DNA of 8,465 nt from a virus (taxonomy: Duplodnaviria > Heunggongvirae > Uroviricota > Caudoviricetes), in the IMG/VR virus record IMGVR_UViG_2671180454_000010. The stretch is one strand, 5' to 3'. Positions 1 to 6,606 of the stretch are shown here, piece after piece. The notes under the pieces were generated by a model. That model had not been told where the DNA came from. It searched no databases and was given only the letters and a program-made list of their open reading frames with translations. The position numbers and the translations under genes are program-made. Numbering within the stretch: position 1 is the first letter of the stretch; every line of letters begins with the position of its first letter.

Positions 1-20
1 CTGGCAAAAGTGTAGCGGTA

Positions 21-1298
21 TTAAGCGCAGCTATTTAGTGAATTAAGTAAATTAGTCAGTGACCTTGTAAAGTCTGTTAAACCTTCCTGTGAACCATCGA
101 ACATTAAGGCCAGATTATTATTCCATGAATTACTTAAGCGGCCTAACTGCGTCTGAGTAGAGTTAATAATCTTTTCCCATCCACCAGCTTTATCAATCAT
201 CCTTCCCATTTCAGCGGATACTTTAGGAAAAACATCTTTAGAAAGAACCTTACCGTCTTTCATGGCCTTGTCTAATTCTTCCGTAGTCATCCCAAGACTT
301 CTGGCAAATAACTGAAAAGCACCTGCCATTCTGTCACCTAATTGACCGCGTAGCTCTTCAGCCTGAATCTTTCCTTTAGATGCCATCTGCTCGAAAGCTT
401 TTAAAATCCCGTTAATTTCATCGGTGCTTAGCCCCATTAATCTGGATGTACCAATCACATTAGAAAATAAGGATTCTTTCTGGTCTGCATTCATATCACC
501 AGCACCAGCGGAAAACTTAGCAAAACTGCTTAATGTTTCAATCTGGTCTACACCACTACTATCAGCAAGATTCTTAACAAATTCTGTAGCTCGTTTAGCA
601 CCTTCATCACCTAAAACGAATTGTGCCGCTCGTTGTGATGCTTCTTTTTTCAGACCAACCTCCATAATCCGCCTGTAAGCTTCTAAGGCTGTCTGAAAAC
701 TATAAATGGCTGTACCTGCTTTGATTGCACTCGTAGCTAATACATCCAGACTATTTGAAGCATTTTCACTGTGATTATTTTTGCTGGTGGTCTTGTTAAA
801 CTTAGAAAGTGTTTCACGAAGAGACTGATTTAACTTTGCTAACTCACGATTAAAAGTTTCGTTTCCAAGTGTCTTGGATTTACTGCTTAAGCTGTAATAC
901 TGGCTTTTAAAATACTTCTCAAGCATAGGATTAAAGTCACGAAGCTTGCTCATATTCGCTGAGTAAGCTGCTGTGATTGCTCTGCTTCCGCTAATTCGTG
1001 GCTGTCTTGGTTGTCTAAGTGGCTTTAAAGTATCCTCAATTTCAGTTTTAATCTTAAACGCTCTAGTGTTTTTAAGACGCTGCTCAATCTTGGAAACAGT
1101 TTTATCGACATTTCTTTCCATTAGTTTGAGAGAATCATTTAAAGGCGTAGGATTAACTCTAAACGACTTATTCAATCGCTTCTCAATTCGTGATGCTACC
1201 TGCATCGTTTGTTTCTCGGCTTTTTCCAAGCCTTTTAAAACTTTCTGAGAGTTAAAACTTAACTCAATCAGAAAATCATCAACTTTAAATTGTGCCAT
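21..1298 (-). CDS. tape-measure-domain protein (phage tail length tape-measure-like), 425 aa
   Basis: ATG at 1296-1298 preceded by AAAGAGGTGA 6 nt upstream; stop at 21-23. The C-terminal half (SKGKIQAEELRGQLGDRMAGAFQLFARSLGMTTEELDKAMKDGKVLSKDVFPKVSAEMGRM) matches, from memory, the conserved tape-measure domain pattern; the N-terminal half is coiled-coil-like. Shorter than typical tape-measure proteins and ends 20 nt from the window edge. Confidence 0.5.
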   Translation of the reverse strand: MAQFKVDDFLIELSFNSQKVLKGLEKAEKQTMQVASRIEKRLNKSFRVNPTPLNDSLKLMERNVDKTVSKIEQRLKNTRAFKIKTEIEDTLKPLRQPRQPRISGSRAITAAYSANMSKLRDFNPMLEKYFKSQYYSLSSKSKTLGNETFNRELAKLNQSLRETLSKFNKTTSKNNHSENASNSLDVLATSAIKAGTAIYSFQTALEAYRRIMEVGLKKEASQRAAQFVLGDEGAKRATEFVKNLADSSGVDQIETLSSFAKFSAGAGDMNADQKESLFSNVIGTSRLMGLSTDEINGILKAFEQMASKGKIQAEELRGQLGDRMAGAFQLFARSLGMTTEELDKAMKDGKVLSKDVFPKVSAEMGRMIDKAGGWEKIINSTQTQLGRLSNSWNNNLALMFDGSQEGLTDFTRSLTNLLNSLNSCA

Positions 1299-1388
1299 TC
1301 ATATTTTTCACCTCTTTAAGCGTGTTGTACGTAAATTCTATTTTTCAGTGTGGGTATTAGCTTTACAGATTTCACGTAGCACACATAC

Positions 1389-1430
1389 AAAAAAAGGGAG
1401 AGCTACCGATGTCACTCGATAATCTCTCCC
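1389..1430 (-). terminator. candidate intrinsic terminator downstream of the 69-aa ORF
   Basis: Stem GGGAGAG (1396-1402) pairs with CTCTCCC (1424-1430); on the minus strand it is followed by U7 (complement of A-run 1389-1395). Loop is long (21 nt). Confidence 0.45.
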
Positions 1431-1454
1431 CGTATTTACCCAACCAATTCTTTT

Positions 1455-1664
1455 TTAATGTCGGACAAGATAATGTAATTCCGTTTCACCTATGATTTGA
1501 GCATCAGAAGGAATACGGTCAATACACCACTTTGGAATCTTGCGTGTTTTTGGTTTGTGTGAGGTGATAACTTGACGTTTGTTTTTAATTCTTAAGGCTG
1601 GCTTAGTTTGTAACTTTAAGTTTTCACAAACAGACCGAATAGTCTCTAAACGTTCTTCAAACAT
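1455..1664 (-). CDS. hypothetical small basic protein, 69 aa
   Basis: ATG at 1662-1664 with AAAGAGGTGA 5 nt upstream (same Shine-Dalgarno as the tape-measure-domain gene); starts 22 nt after the stop of the 236-aa ORF, so probably co-transcribed. Lys/Arg-rich. Confidence 0.5.
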   Translation of the reverse strand: MFEERLETIRSVCENLKLQTKPALRIKNKRQVITSHKPKTRKIPKWCIDRIPSDAQIIGETELHYLVRH

Positions 1665-1686
1665 TAATCACCTCTTTAATTCATAA

Positions 1687-2397
1687 TCAAACAGCCTTGC
1701 TATACTTCTGAGAAATCTTCGTTAACTGCTCAATATCAGCCATCAAAGCAATCTTCTTCTGCGACTCATATTCACTAACAAGTTCTTTCATAGTATCAAG
1801 TTCTTTTTTAAGCTTTTGCTTTAACTTATCCAGTTTACCGGAATAATGCTTAGTCAAATTAGCTTCAGCTAACTGAAGAATCTCTTCATCTGTTTTATCA
1901 GTCATCAGAATAAATTGACCAGAACCCCTTAATGCTTGTCTGACATCAATTAACCGGAACCCTTCAGGGATACTTTGAAGAACTTTAGGAACGTCTTCAA
2001 TCGCTGTACCAAAACCATCATTAAAGTTTCCTTCATAATAGATAAACGGGTTTGACTTAATCTCGTAAGCAATATCATATTCTGAAGGTTTCGAGGTTTC
2101 TTCGAAGTTCTTAACAGCATCGTAAGCGACATCAAGTCTAAGACGCTGTGATTTTAAAGCTGGGTAATATTCACGCTCAAGCTCAAATAGTGCTTCAGTT
2201 TTGCAGATATCAGGCATTTCTTGAGGCTCAGGAGACACAAAGGAAATTACCTTTGGTGACATCTTTAGCTCTTGCTCAAGCTCAATGCGCTTGTCATGCT
2301 CTTGACGCTGAATAGTATGTAGCGGATGTTCACCCTGTGGTGACCAGTCTCCGAAGCTATCAACCTTTTTACCGTTAATATATAAATCGTTTGTCAT
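1687..2397 (-). CDS. hypothetical acidic protein, 236 aa (paralog of 4041..4652)
   Basis: ATG at 2395-2397 with AGAGGAAA 7 nt upstream. Collinear homology to the 203-aa ORF: shared PEP motif, DG(F/W)G, then 13 residues to (I/L)PEG.R, then DK(S/T)..E(L/I)...A...L; coiled-coil-like Lys/Glu-rich C-terminus. Confidence 0.6.
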   Translation of the reverse strand: MTNDLYINGKKVDSFGDWSPQGEHPLHTIQRQEHDKRIELEQELKMSPKVISFVSPEPQEMPDICKTEALFELEREYYPALKSQRLRLDVAYDAVKNFEETSKPSEYDIAYEIKSNPFIYYEGNFNDGFGTAIEDVPKVLQSIPEGFRLIDVRQALRGSGQFILMTDKTDEEILQLAEANLTKHYSGKLDKLKQKLKKELDTMKELVSEYESQKKIALMADIEQLTKISQKYSKAV

Positions 2398-2424
2398 TAT
2401 AATTTCCTCTAAGTGTGGTTATTT

Positions 2425-2496
2425 CTTAATAGAGCACCTTCAACGCCAATACACTTAGAAGATGACTTAACGATTTATTAAAGATGCTCTATTAAG
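2425..2496 (-). promoter_or_regulatory. long-range inverted repeat in the leader of the 236-aa ORF
   Basis: Perfect 12-bp arms CTTAATAGAGCA (2425-2436) and TGCTCTATTAAG (2485-2496) separated by 48 bp, between the upstream hairpin and the ribosome-binding site. Confidence 0.3.
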
Positions 2497-2528
2497 AAAA
2501 GCCCTAAACATAATCTGTGAAGGGCTTT
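2497..2528 (-). terminator. GCCCU/AGGGC hairpin with U-tract (hairpin A, module 1)
   Basis: Stem GCCCT (2501-2505) / AGGGC (2521-2525), extendable to AAAGCCCT/AGGGCTTT; minus-strand transcript continues UUUUCUUAAU. Loop 15 nt. Near-identical to the hairpin at 4768-4791. Confidence 0.35.
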
Positions 2529-2600
2529 GGAGGTTTGCTTATAACGTTAACGAAGTTTCAGGAAAACTTTCTTTAAAAGCTCTGTTTAAAAACTCTTAAA

Positions 2601-2627
2601 GAAAGCCCTAACTCATGATTAGGGCAA
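2601..2627 (-). terminator. GCCCUAA/UUAGGGC hairpin with U-rich tail (hairpin B, module 1)
   Basis: Stem GCCCTA (2605-2610) / TAGGGC (2620-2625) with a 9-nt loop; on the minus strand followed by UUUCUUUAAG. Immediately 3' of the conserved core. Confidence 0.35.
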
Positions 2628-2633
2628 AGCTGT

Positions 2634-2745
2634 AAAGGATTCAATAATGAATGAACAAAGACTTTTTGAGATAGCCTCTCAGACCAACCTGAAAGGCTAG
2701 GACGAAAAGCATTGCACCTTTCCAACTCAGAATATCCATTCATCG
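2634..2745 (-). repeat. conserved non-coding element, copy 1 (candidate structured RNA or leader)
   Basis: 112 bp aligning to 4792..4905 with 4 substitutions and one 2-nt indel. The two copies do not share a reading frame across the indel, so the conservation is not protein-coding. Lies upstream of the 236-aa ORF. Confidence 0.7.
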
Positions 2746-2755
2746 CGCGGGCTAG

Positions 2756-2788
<33 letters not shown>

Positions 2789-2832
2789 ATGAGGTGTACT
2801 GGCAATAGCGGACACTACCATTTGTTCTTTTT

Positions 2833-3651
2833 TTAAGCAGCCATCTGATGATATTTTTCCCTGAAGGCTGCCGGGGAGATATTCCCCAGACGAGAGTGAC
2901 GACGCTGACGATTGTAGAAAATCTCAATGTATTCCCGTATTACTGAGATGGCTTCATCCCGGTTATTAAAACGATAGTGGCTCAGGCTCTCATTTTTCAG
3001 CGTTCCCCAGAAGCTTTCCATCGGAGCGTTGTCGTAACAGTTACCTTTACGCGACATTGATGTTTTCAGACCAGACTGCTCCTGTATGACCCGGTAATCG
3101 TATGCGCAGTACTGTGAACCTCGATCAGAGTGGTGGATTAGCCCGGCAGGTGGGCGCTGGCTCCTGAGCGCCATAAACAGGGCTTTACCTGTCAGCTCTT
3201 TTGTCATGCGCTCTCCCATGGCGTAGCCGACAATTTCGCACGTATAAACATCTTTGATGCCAGCGAGGTACAACCATCCCTCCTGTGTGGCAACATACGT
3301 CAGGTCCGCCACCCAGACCTGATTTGGTGCTGTAGGAGCGAACGTCTGGTTCAGCAGATTTGGCGCAACTGGCAGATTGTGGTTCGAGTTCGTAGTCGCT
3401 CTGAACTTGCGTTTCTGCTTACAGCGTAGCCTTAGCTCCTTACGAAGACGTGCCAGTCGGTCACGACCAACGATGATGCCATTCTCTGCCAGCTCCGTCT
3501 GGAGCCGCCGGGTTCCATATGTTTCGCGAGTGCGGATATGTGCCACCTTAATCTCCAGTTTTAGCCGCTCATCACTTTGTTTTCTGTCTGAGGGTTCATG
3601 CTGTACCCAGTTGTAATAACCGCTCCTGGATACACCAAATACCTGACACAT
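2833..3651 (-). CDS. IS3-family transposase OrfB (catalytic DDE domain), expressed as OrfAB fusion
   Basis: 272 aa from the first ATG. The same frame is open upstream to the A7 slippery site and is -1 relative to orfA. Integrase-like catalytic region typical of IS3-family OrfB (…HSDRGSQYCAYDY…RKGNCYDNAPMESFWGTLK…). Confidence 0.85.
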   Translation of the reverse strand: MCQVFGVSRSGYYNWVQHEPSDRKQSDERLKLEIKVAHIRTRETYGTRRLQTELAENGIIVGRDRLARLRKELRLRCKQKRKFRATTNSNHNLPVAPNLLNQTFAPTAPNQVWVADLTYVATQEGWLYLAGIKDVYTCEIVGYAMGERMTKELTGKALFMALRSQRPPAGLIHHSDRGSQYCAYDYRVIQEQSGLKTSMSRKGNCYDNAPMESFWGTLKNESLSHYRFNNRDEAISVIREYIEIFYNRQRRHSRLGNISPAAFREKYHQMAA

Positions 3652-3686
3652 CGCTTCAATGGGAAATTGTTGTCGCCATTGTTCGA

Positions 3687-3989
3687 TTAACGCGTATTTT
3701 TCAGCGACTCCTGTGCAAAATACGCTGTTGCTTTTTTTAATATATCTCGCTCAAGGCGAGCTTCATTTAACGCCTTACGCAGTTGCAGAATTTCAGATTC
3801 CAGTTCAGCCACCGTGCGGGAACCAGGAGTACCGAGCCCTTTTCTGGCGGCGGTAACCCATTGTCCTAAAGTGCCTTCAGGAAGAGATAATCGGGAAGCG
3901 CCTTCACTGATCGAAAGTTGATTTTCAGGAACCGTTCTGACAGCTTCGGCTTTGAACTCTTTAGAGTAACGTTGGGTTTTTCTGCTCAT
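3687..3989 (-). CDS. IS3-family transposase OrfA (HTH plus leucine-zipper-like region), 100 aa
   Basis: ATG at 3987-3989 with AGGAGC upstream. C-terminus (…ILQLRKALNEARLERDILKKATAYFAQE…) typical of IS3-family OrfA; ends just after the frameshift hairpin. Confidence 0.85.
   Translation of the reverse strand: MSRKTQRYSKEFKAEAVRTVPENQLSISEGASRLSLPEGTLGQWVTAARKGLGTPGSRTVAELESEILQLRKALNEARLERDILKKATAYFAQESLKNTR
3692..3739 (-). promoter_or_regulatory. programmed -1 ribosomal frameshift site of the IS (A7G slippery run plus downstream hairpin)
   Basis: Minus-strand TTA AAA AAA G (complement of T-run 3732-3738) in the orfA frame; slipping -1 reads …SNSVFCTGVAEKYALIEQWRQQFPIEAMCQVFG… into OrfB. A 9-bp stem GCGUAUUUU/AAAAUACGC (3692-3725) starts about 6 nt downstream. 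Confidence 0.6.
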
Positions 3990-4040
3990 TATTAGCTCCT
4001 TCTGATGCCATTCTATTTCAGGAAGGAGTGTCCGTTAAAC

Positions 4041-4652
4041 TCAGGCTACCTCACTAATCAGCTTAGCCAGTCTTGATTTCAGCAAATTAATCTCATTTTC
4101 TCTTGCTTTCATCAGTTTCTCTTTGGCAATTTCTTCAAGCTCAGCTTGTGATTTATCAGCAACAATTAGAGACAGTCGATGTGGTGCTCTGACAGCTCTT
4201 TCTGTACGAACAACTCTTTGACCTTCTGGTAAATCTGCAATCACTTTACCAATCTCTACAGGGTCATACCCCCAACCGTCACGGTCTAGTCGAGAGAAAT
4301 AAGCATAAGAATTGGTTTGAAGCTCCATCGAAATAACCATTTCGTCAATTTCGTCTTCAAGCTTGGACTGAATTTTCTCGTAAACACTTCTCATTGCTTC
4401 TTGAGAGTCTTTAATAGCTTGGAAATATCGGCGTTGTAGCTTCAACTTCAAATCAAGTTCACACCGTTCGTTCATAGAAAAATCAATTTCAACTCTTGGA
4501 ATCTCGAGTGGTTCTGGTGGAATATATGGACCTTTATTTACTTCGTGTGATTCCCGCCAAGCTCTATCAAAAGATTCACGCAAAGTTAATTCGTGAATAT
4601 CAAGTGCACTTGGTCTGTGTTCGATAAGCATTTCATGTTCATTTCTAATCAT
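4041..4652 (-). CDS. hypothetical acidic protein, 203 aa (paralog of 1687..2397); 3' end formed by the IS terminus
   Basis: ATG at 4650-4652 with AAGGGGTGA 5 nt upstream. Homologous to the 236-aa ORF (see above). The last 4 codons and the stop (4041-4053) lie inside the IS terminal inverted repeat, and the protein is about 30 residues shorter at the C-terminus than its paralog. Confidence 0.6.
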   Translation of the reverse strand: MIRNEHEMLIEHRPSALDIHELTLRESFDRAWRESHEVNKGPYIPPEPLEIPRVEIDFSMNERCELDLKLKLQRRYFQAIKDSQEAMRSVYEKIQSKLEDEIDEMVISMELQTNSYAYFSRLDRDGWGYDPVEIGKVIADLPEGQRVVRTERAVRAPHRLSLIVADKSQAELEEIAKEKLMKARENEINLLKSRLAKLISEVA

Positions 4653-4691
4653 TCGTTCACCCCTTAGTTTATTTGTTATTTCAATTTATAG

Positions 4692-4752
4692 AAGCACACT
4701 CAGCAATCAGAGGTGAAGAGTCTGACTGAACAAGAACCTGCCAAGTGTGCTT
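4692..4752 (-). promoter_or_regulatory. long-range inverted repeat in the leader of the 203-aa ORF
   Basis: Perfect 9-bp arms AAGCACACT (4692-4700) and AGTGTGCTT (4744-4752) separated by 43 bp; same position and geometry as the 2425..2496 repeat but unrelated sequence. Confidence 0.3.
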
Positions 4753-4791
4753 TTAAAAACTGAAAAAGCCCTAAACATTTCTGTGAAGGGC
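4751..4791 (-). terminator. GCCCU/AGGGC hairpin with U-tract (module 2)
   Basis: Stem GCCCT (4768-4772) / AGGGC (4787-4791), 14-nt loop; minus-strand transcript continues UUUUUCAGUUUUUAAAA. Directly abuts the conserved core. Confidence 0.4.
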
Positions 4792-4905
4792 AAAGGATTC
4801 AATAATGAATGAACAAGAGTACTTTTTGAGATAGCCTCTCAGACTAACCTGAAAGGCCATGACGAAAAGCATTGCACCTTTCCAACTCAGAATATCCATC
4901 CATCG
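4792..4905 (-). repeat. conserved non-coding element, copy 2 (candidate structured RNA or leader)
   Basis: 114 bp, about 95% identical by eye to 2634..2745; upstream of the 203-aa ORF. Predicted terminal helix 5'-GAUGGAUGGAUA (4904-4893) with UGUUCAUUCAUU-3' (4815-4804), plus internal hairpins GAAAGG/CCUUUC and GAGA/UCUC. Confidence 0.7.
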
Positions 4906-4910
4906 GATTA

Positions 4911-4942
4911 TTGAAAGAAAAATAAGAGAGAATTGCTCTCCC
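4911..4942 (-). terminator. hairpin GAGAG-CAAUU-CUCUC with U-rich tail
   Basis: Stem 4926-4930 / 4936-4940; the minus-strand transcript continues UUAUUUUUCUUUC. Could terminate the upstream 107-aa ORF transcript or be the first structure of the element's own transcript. Confidence 0.35.
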
Positions 4943-4951
4943 ATAATTAAA

Positions 4952-4980
4952 ATTATGCCATGCTTAAGGTTATTTGTCAA
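4952..4980 (-). promoter_or_regulatory. candidate sigma70 promoter facing the copy-2 element
   Basis: Minus strand TTGACA (4980-4975), 17-nt spacer, CATAAT (4957-4952): 11 of 12 consensus positions. Predicted start near 4945. Confidence 0.35.
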
Positions 4981-5081
4981 CAGCTTTTTAACAGGTTGAT
5001 AACATCAATTCTTATTTACCGCATTGTTAATAATACAACCAACAAATAAGCCAAGCAACGTCCAAGCAATTATTAAACCCA

Positions 5082-5405
5082 TTAGTGAACCCTCACAGAA
5101 TCCGTCACCAGAATATTATCACTGTACAGGATTGTCACAGCACCTTTCAAAAATTGCTCTGGGGAAATACTGTATATGTTCGTTTGCTCGATAACCAATC
5201 TTTTCATGTTGCTGTCTGTAATTGGTAGCATCATTCGAGGCTCGTTAAACTCCACCGACTGAATAAAGTCAGAGATGTTTTCTACATTATCAGCCATCAG
5301 CTTTAGTAATTTATCAAAATTAATTGCGATACCTGCATCAATGAAGCTTTGCACCATCATAGCAGTGTCGTTATCAACCATAATTTGCATTGGGTAATTA
5401 TTCAT
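5082..5405 (-). CDS. hypothetical protein, 107 aa
   Basis: ATG at 5403-5405 with AGGAG 8 nt upstream. The longer ORF to 5528 would start at TTG with no ribosome-binding site and would span leader hairpins, so the internal ATG is preferred. Confidence 0.55.
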   Translation of the reverse strand: MNNYPMQIMVDNDTAMMVQSFIDAGIAINFDKLLKLMADNVENISDFIQSVEFNEPRMMLPITDSNMKRLVIEQTNIYSISPEQFLKGAVTILYSDNILVTDSVRVH

Positions 5406-5572
5406 TTTTAAATCTCCTATGAAACACACCTCAGACCTCTTAAAATAGCCATTCTGAGGCCAGTAACCATGCGGGTTACAGAGGGAGTTGCACTGGCTGG
5501 TAAGGTAATTTATCAAATTAAGGTGCAACTCTGCCTGTAAAGTGCATTCTACCGTTTCTTAGATGGTTATTT

Positions 5573-5992
5573 TTAATTGTCTTTATTAATCAATGGCTTA
5601 ATGTAGAAATACTGTCTCCGTGAAATACCATATTTTTCTGTAATGTATCGCTGAGATTGACCAGCATTTATGGCCTGAGTGATATCATCACGGTTATAGC
5701 GGTTACCACGGGATTTATATTTGTCACCATCCACATCTTCTGAGGTATTGAAGTCTTCAATCAGCTTAATTGCATCGTGAAGGTCATCTTCTGAGGCATA
5801 ATCGAAGGTATGGATAATCTCAAAATCACCAGTATCTGCTGGTGCATTCTTCCATCTGGAGAAGCGGGATTTTAATTGCTGGTGTGTGAAGGGTTCAGCA
5901 TTACGAGTTAAATCTTTCCATGTTCCGTTATTCTCACGGACAAGGTGACCTCTATGGCGATAAAACGCATGATAATCAAATGTGCATAGCAT
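5573..5992 (-). CDS. hypothetical protein with C-terminal HTH-like segment, 139 aa
   Basis: ATG at 5990-5992 overlaps the stop of the upstream RHH ORF (TAATG). C-terminal …DDITQAINAGQSQRYITEKYGISRRQYFYIK… looks like a helix-turn-helix. Confidence 0.55.
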   Translation of the reverse strand: MLCTFDYHAFYRHRGHLVRENNGTWKDLTRNAEPFTHQQLKSRFSRWKNAPADTGDFEIIHTFDYASEDDLHDAIKLIEDFNTSEDVDGDKYKSRGNRYNRDDITQAINAGQSQRYITEKYGISRRQYFYIKPLINKDN

Positions 5993-6282
5993 TAAACCCC
6001 CAGCTTATCCGCCAGTTGATGAACCTTGGCACTCAACACCTGAATCATTGAGCAACCTGCCACTGCGGACTGTGCTTTGAGTAGTTCCAGTTGGCCCGTT
6101 GTGATTCTGATGGCCTTAGAACCCTCTGCAACGCCCTTGATAGCGTCAAACGGTGTAAGGGCTATGTGTTCCTTCAAAATCTCACCAACAAGTGCTGTGT
6201 GGCTCATGGCTGGGTATTTGTCTTTGATTGCTGCCAGTCTGGAATATGCCTCTGGCAAAAGGCGTGTAACTGTGTGTCTCAT
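5992..6282 (-). CDS. ribbon-helix-helix-like DNA-binding protein (apparent tandem RHH), 96 aa
   Basis: ATG at 6280-6282 with AAGGAAAA upstream. Two strand-helix-helix-like halves (TVTRLLPEAYSRLAAIKDKY… and IRITTGQLELLKAQSAVAG…). First gene of a minus-strand operon leaving a divergent promoter region. Confidence 0.5.
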   Translation of the reverse strand: MRHTVTRLLPEAYSRLAAIKDKYPAMSHTALVGEILKEHIALTPFDAIKGVAEGSKAIRITTGQLELLKAQSAVAGCSMIQVLSAKVHQLADKLGV

Positions 6283-6340
6283 TAAATTTTCCTTCTTAAA
6301 ATCTTTGACTTATAACTAACTTTAACATATTTATAACATA

Positions 6341-6369
6341 TTGTCAACAACTCATTTACATGTTAATAT
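6341..6369 (+). promoter_or_regulatory. candidate sigma70 promoter for the 61-aa ORF, in a back-to-back promoter region
   Basis: TTGTCA (6341-6346), 17-nt spacer, TAATAT (6364-6369). The complementary strand reads TTGACA at 6347-6342, a perfect -35 for the divergent RHH operon. Direct repeats TAACATATT at 6323-6331 and 6334-6342. Confidence 0.45.
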
Positions 6370-6420
6370 GGTTGTAGGGGGCTGATACAGGTCATTCCCT
6401 TTGATAAATAAGGGGAATTA

Positions 6421-6606
6421 ATGGGCTTTCTTGAAACAATTGCTGAATCTCACAGATTCGCAAGCTTAGGTTGCTTTGTGTTTCTGGTGCTTCTTGTGTA
6501 TCAGCTTTTAAAAATGATTATCGCCAGAAGTACACGATTCAATTTCAGCATTAAGCTTTTCAAATATGAAATCACAATTACGATTGATGATGGTAAAACA
6601 AACTAA
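6421..6606 (+). CDS. small single-pass membrane protein, 61 aa
   Basis: ATG at 6421 with AAGGGG 5 nt upstream; hydrophobic segment LGCFVFLVLLVYQLLKMII. Stop overlaps the stop of the convergent minus-strand ORF 6603..6893. Confidence 0.45.
   Translation: MGFLETIAESHRFASLGCFVFLVLLVYQLLKMIIARSTRFNFSIKLFKYEITITIDDGKTN

Larger units (their letters stand above)
2790..4053 (-). mobile_element. IS3-family insertion sequence, 1264 bp (IS600-like by recollection)
   Basis: Imperfect terminal inverted repeats TGAGGTGTACTGGCAATAGCGGACACT (2790 onward, + strand) and reverse complement of 4027-4053 TGAGGTAGCCTGAGTTTAACGGACACT; canonical 5'-TG...CA-3' ends. Contains orfA and orfB joined by a -1 frameshift site. 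Visibly more GC-rich than flanks. No matching 3-bp flanking duplication (CGA versus CTA). Confidence 0.85.

Noticed and set aside
424-1248. Plus-strand ORFs 424..678 and 973..1248 inside the tape-measure-domain gene
   Set aside because: Antisense to a well-supported gene, no ribosome-binding sites, low-complexity translations.
1950-2135. 61-aa minus-strand ORF nested in the 236-aa gene
   Set aside because: Alternative frame inside a supported CDS.
3377-3856. Plus-strand ORFs 3377..3616 and 3659..3856 inside the IS
   Set aside because: Antisense to the transposase genes; GC-rich sequence gives long chance ORFs.
5082-5528. 148-aa version of the ORF starting at 5528
   Set aside because: That start is TTG with no Shine-Dalgarno and the extension covers leader hairpins; the ATG at 5405 has a strong AGGAG site.
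6077-6319. Plus-strand ORFs 6077..6319 and 6091..6285
   Set aside because: Antisense to the RHH gene; no start-site signals.
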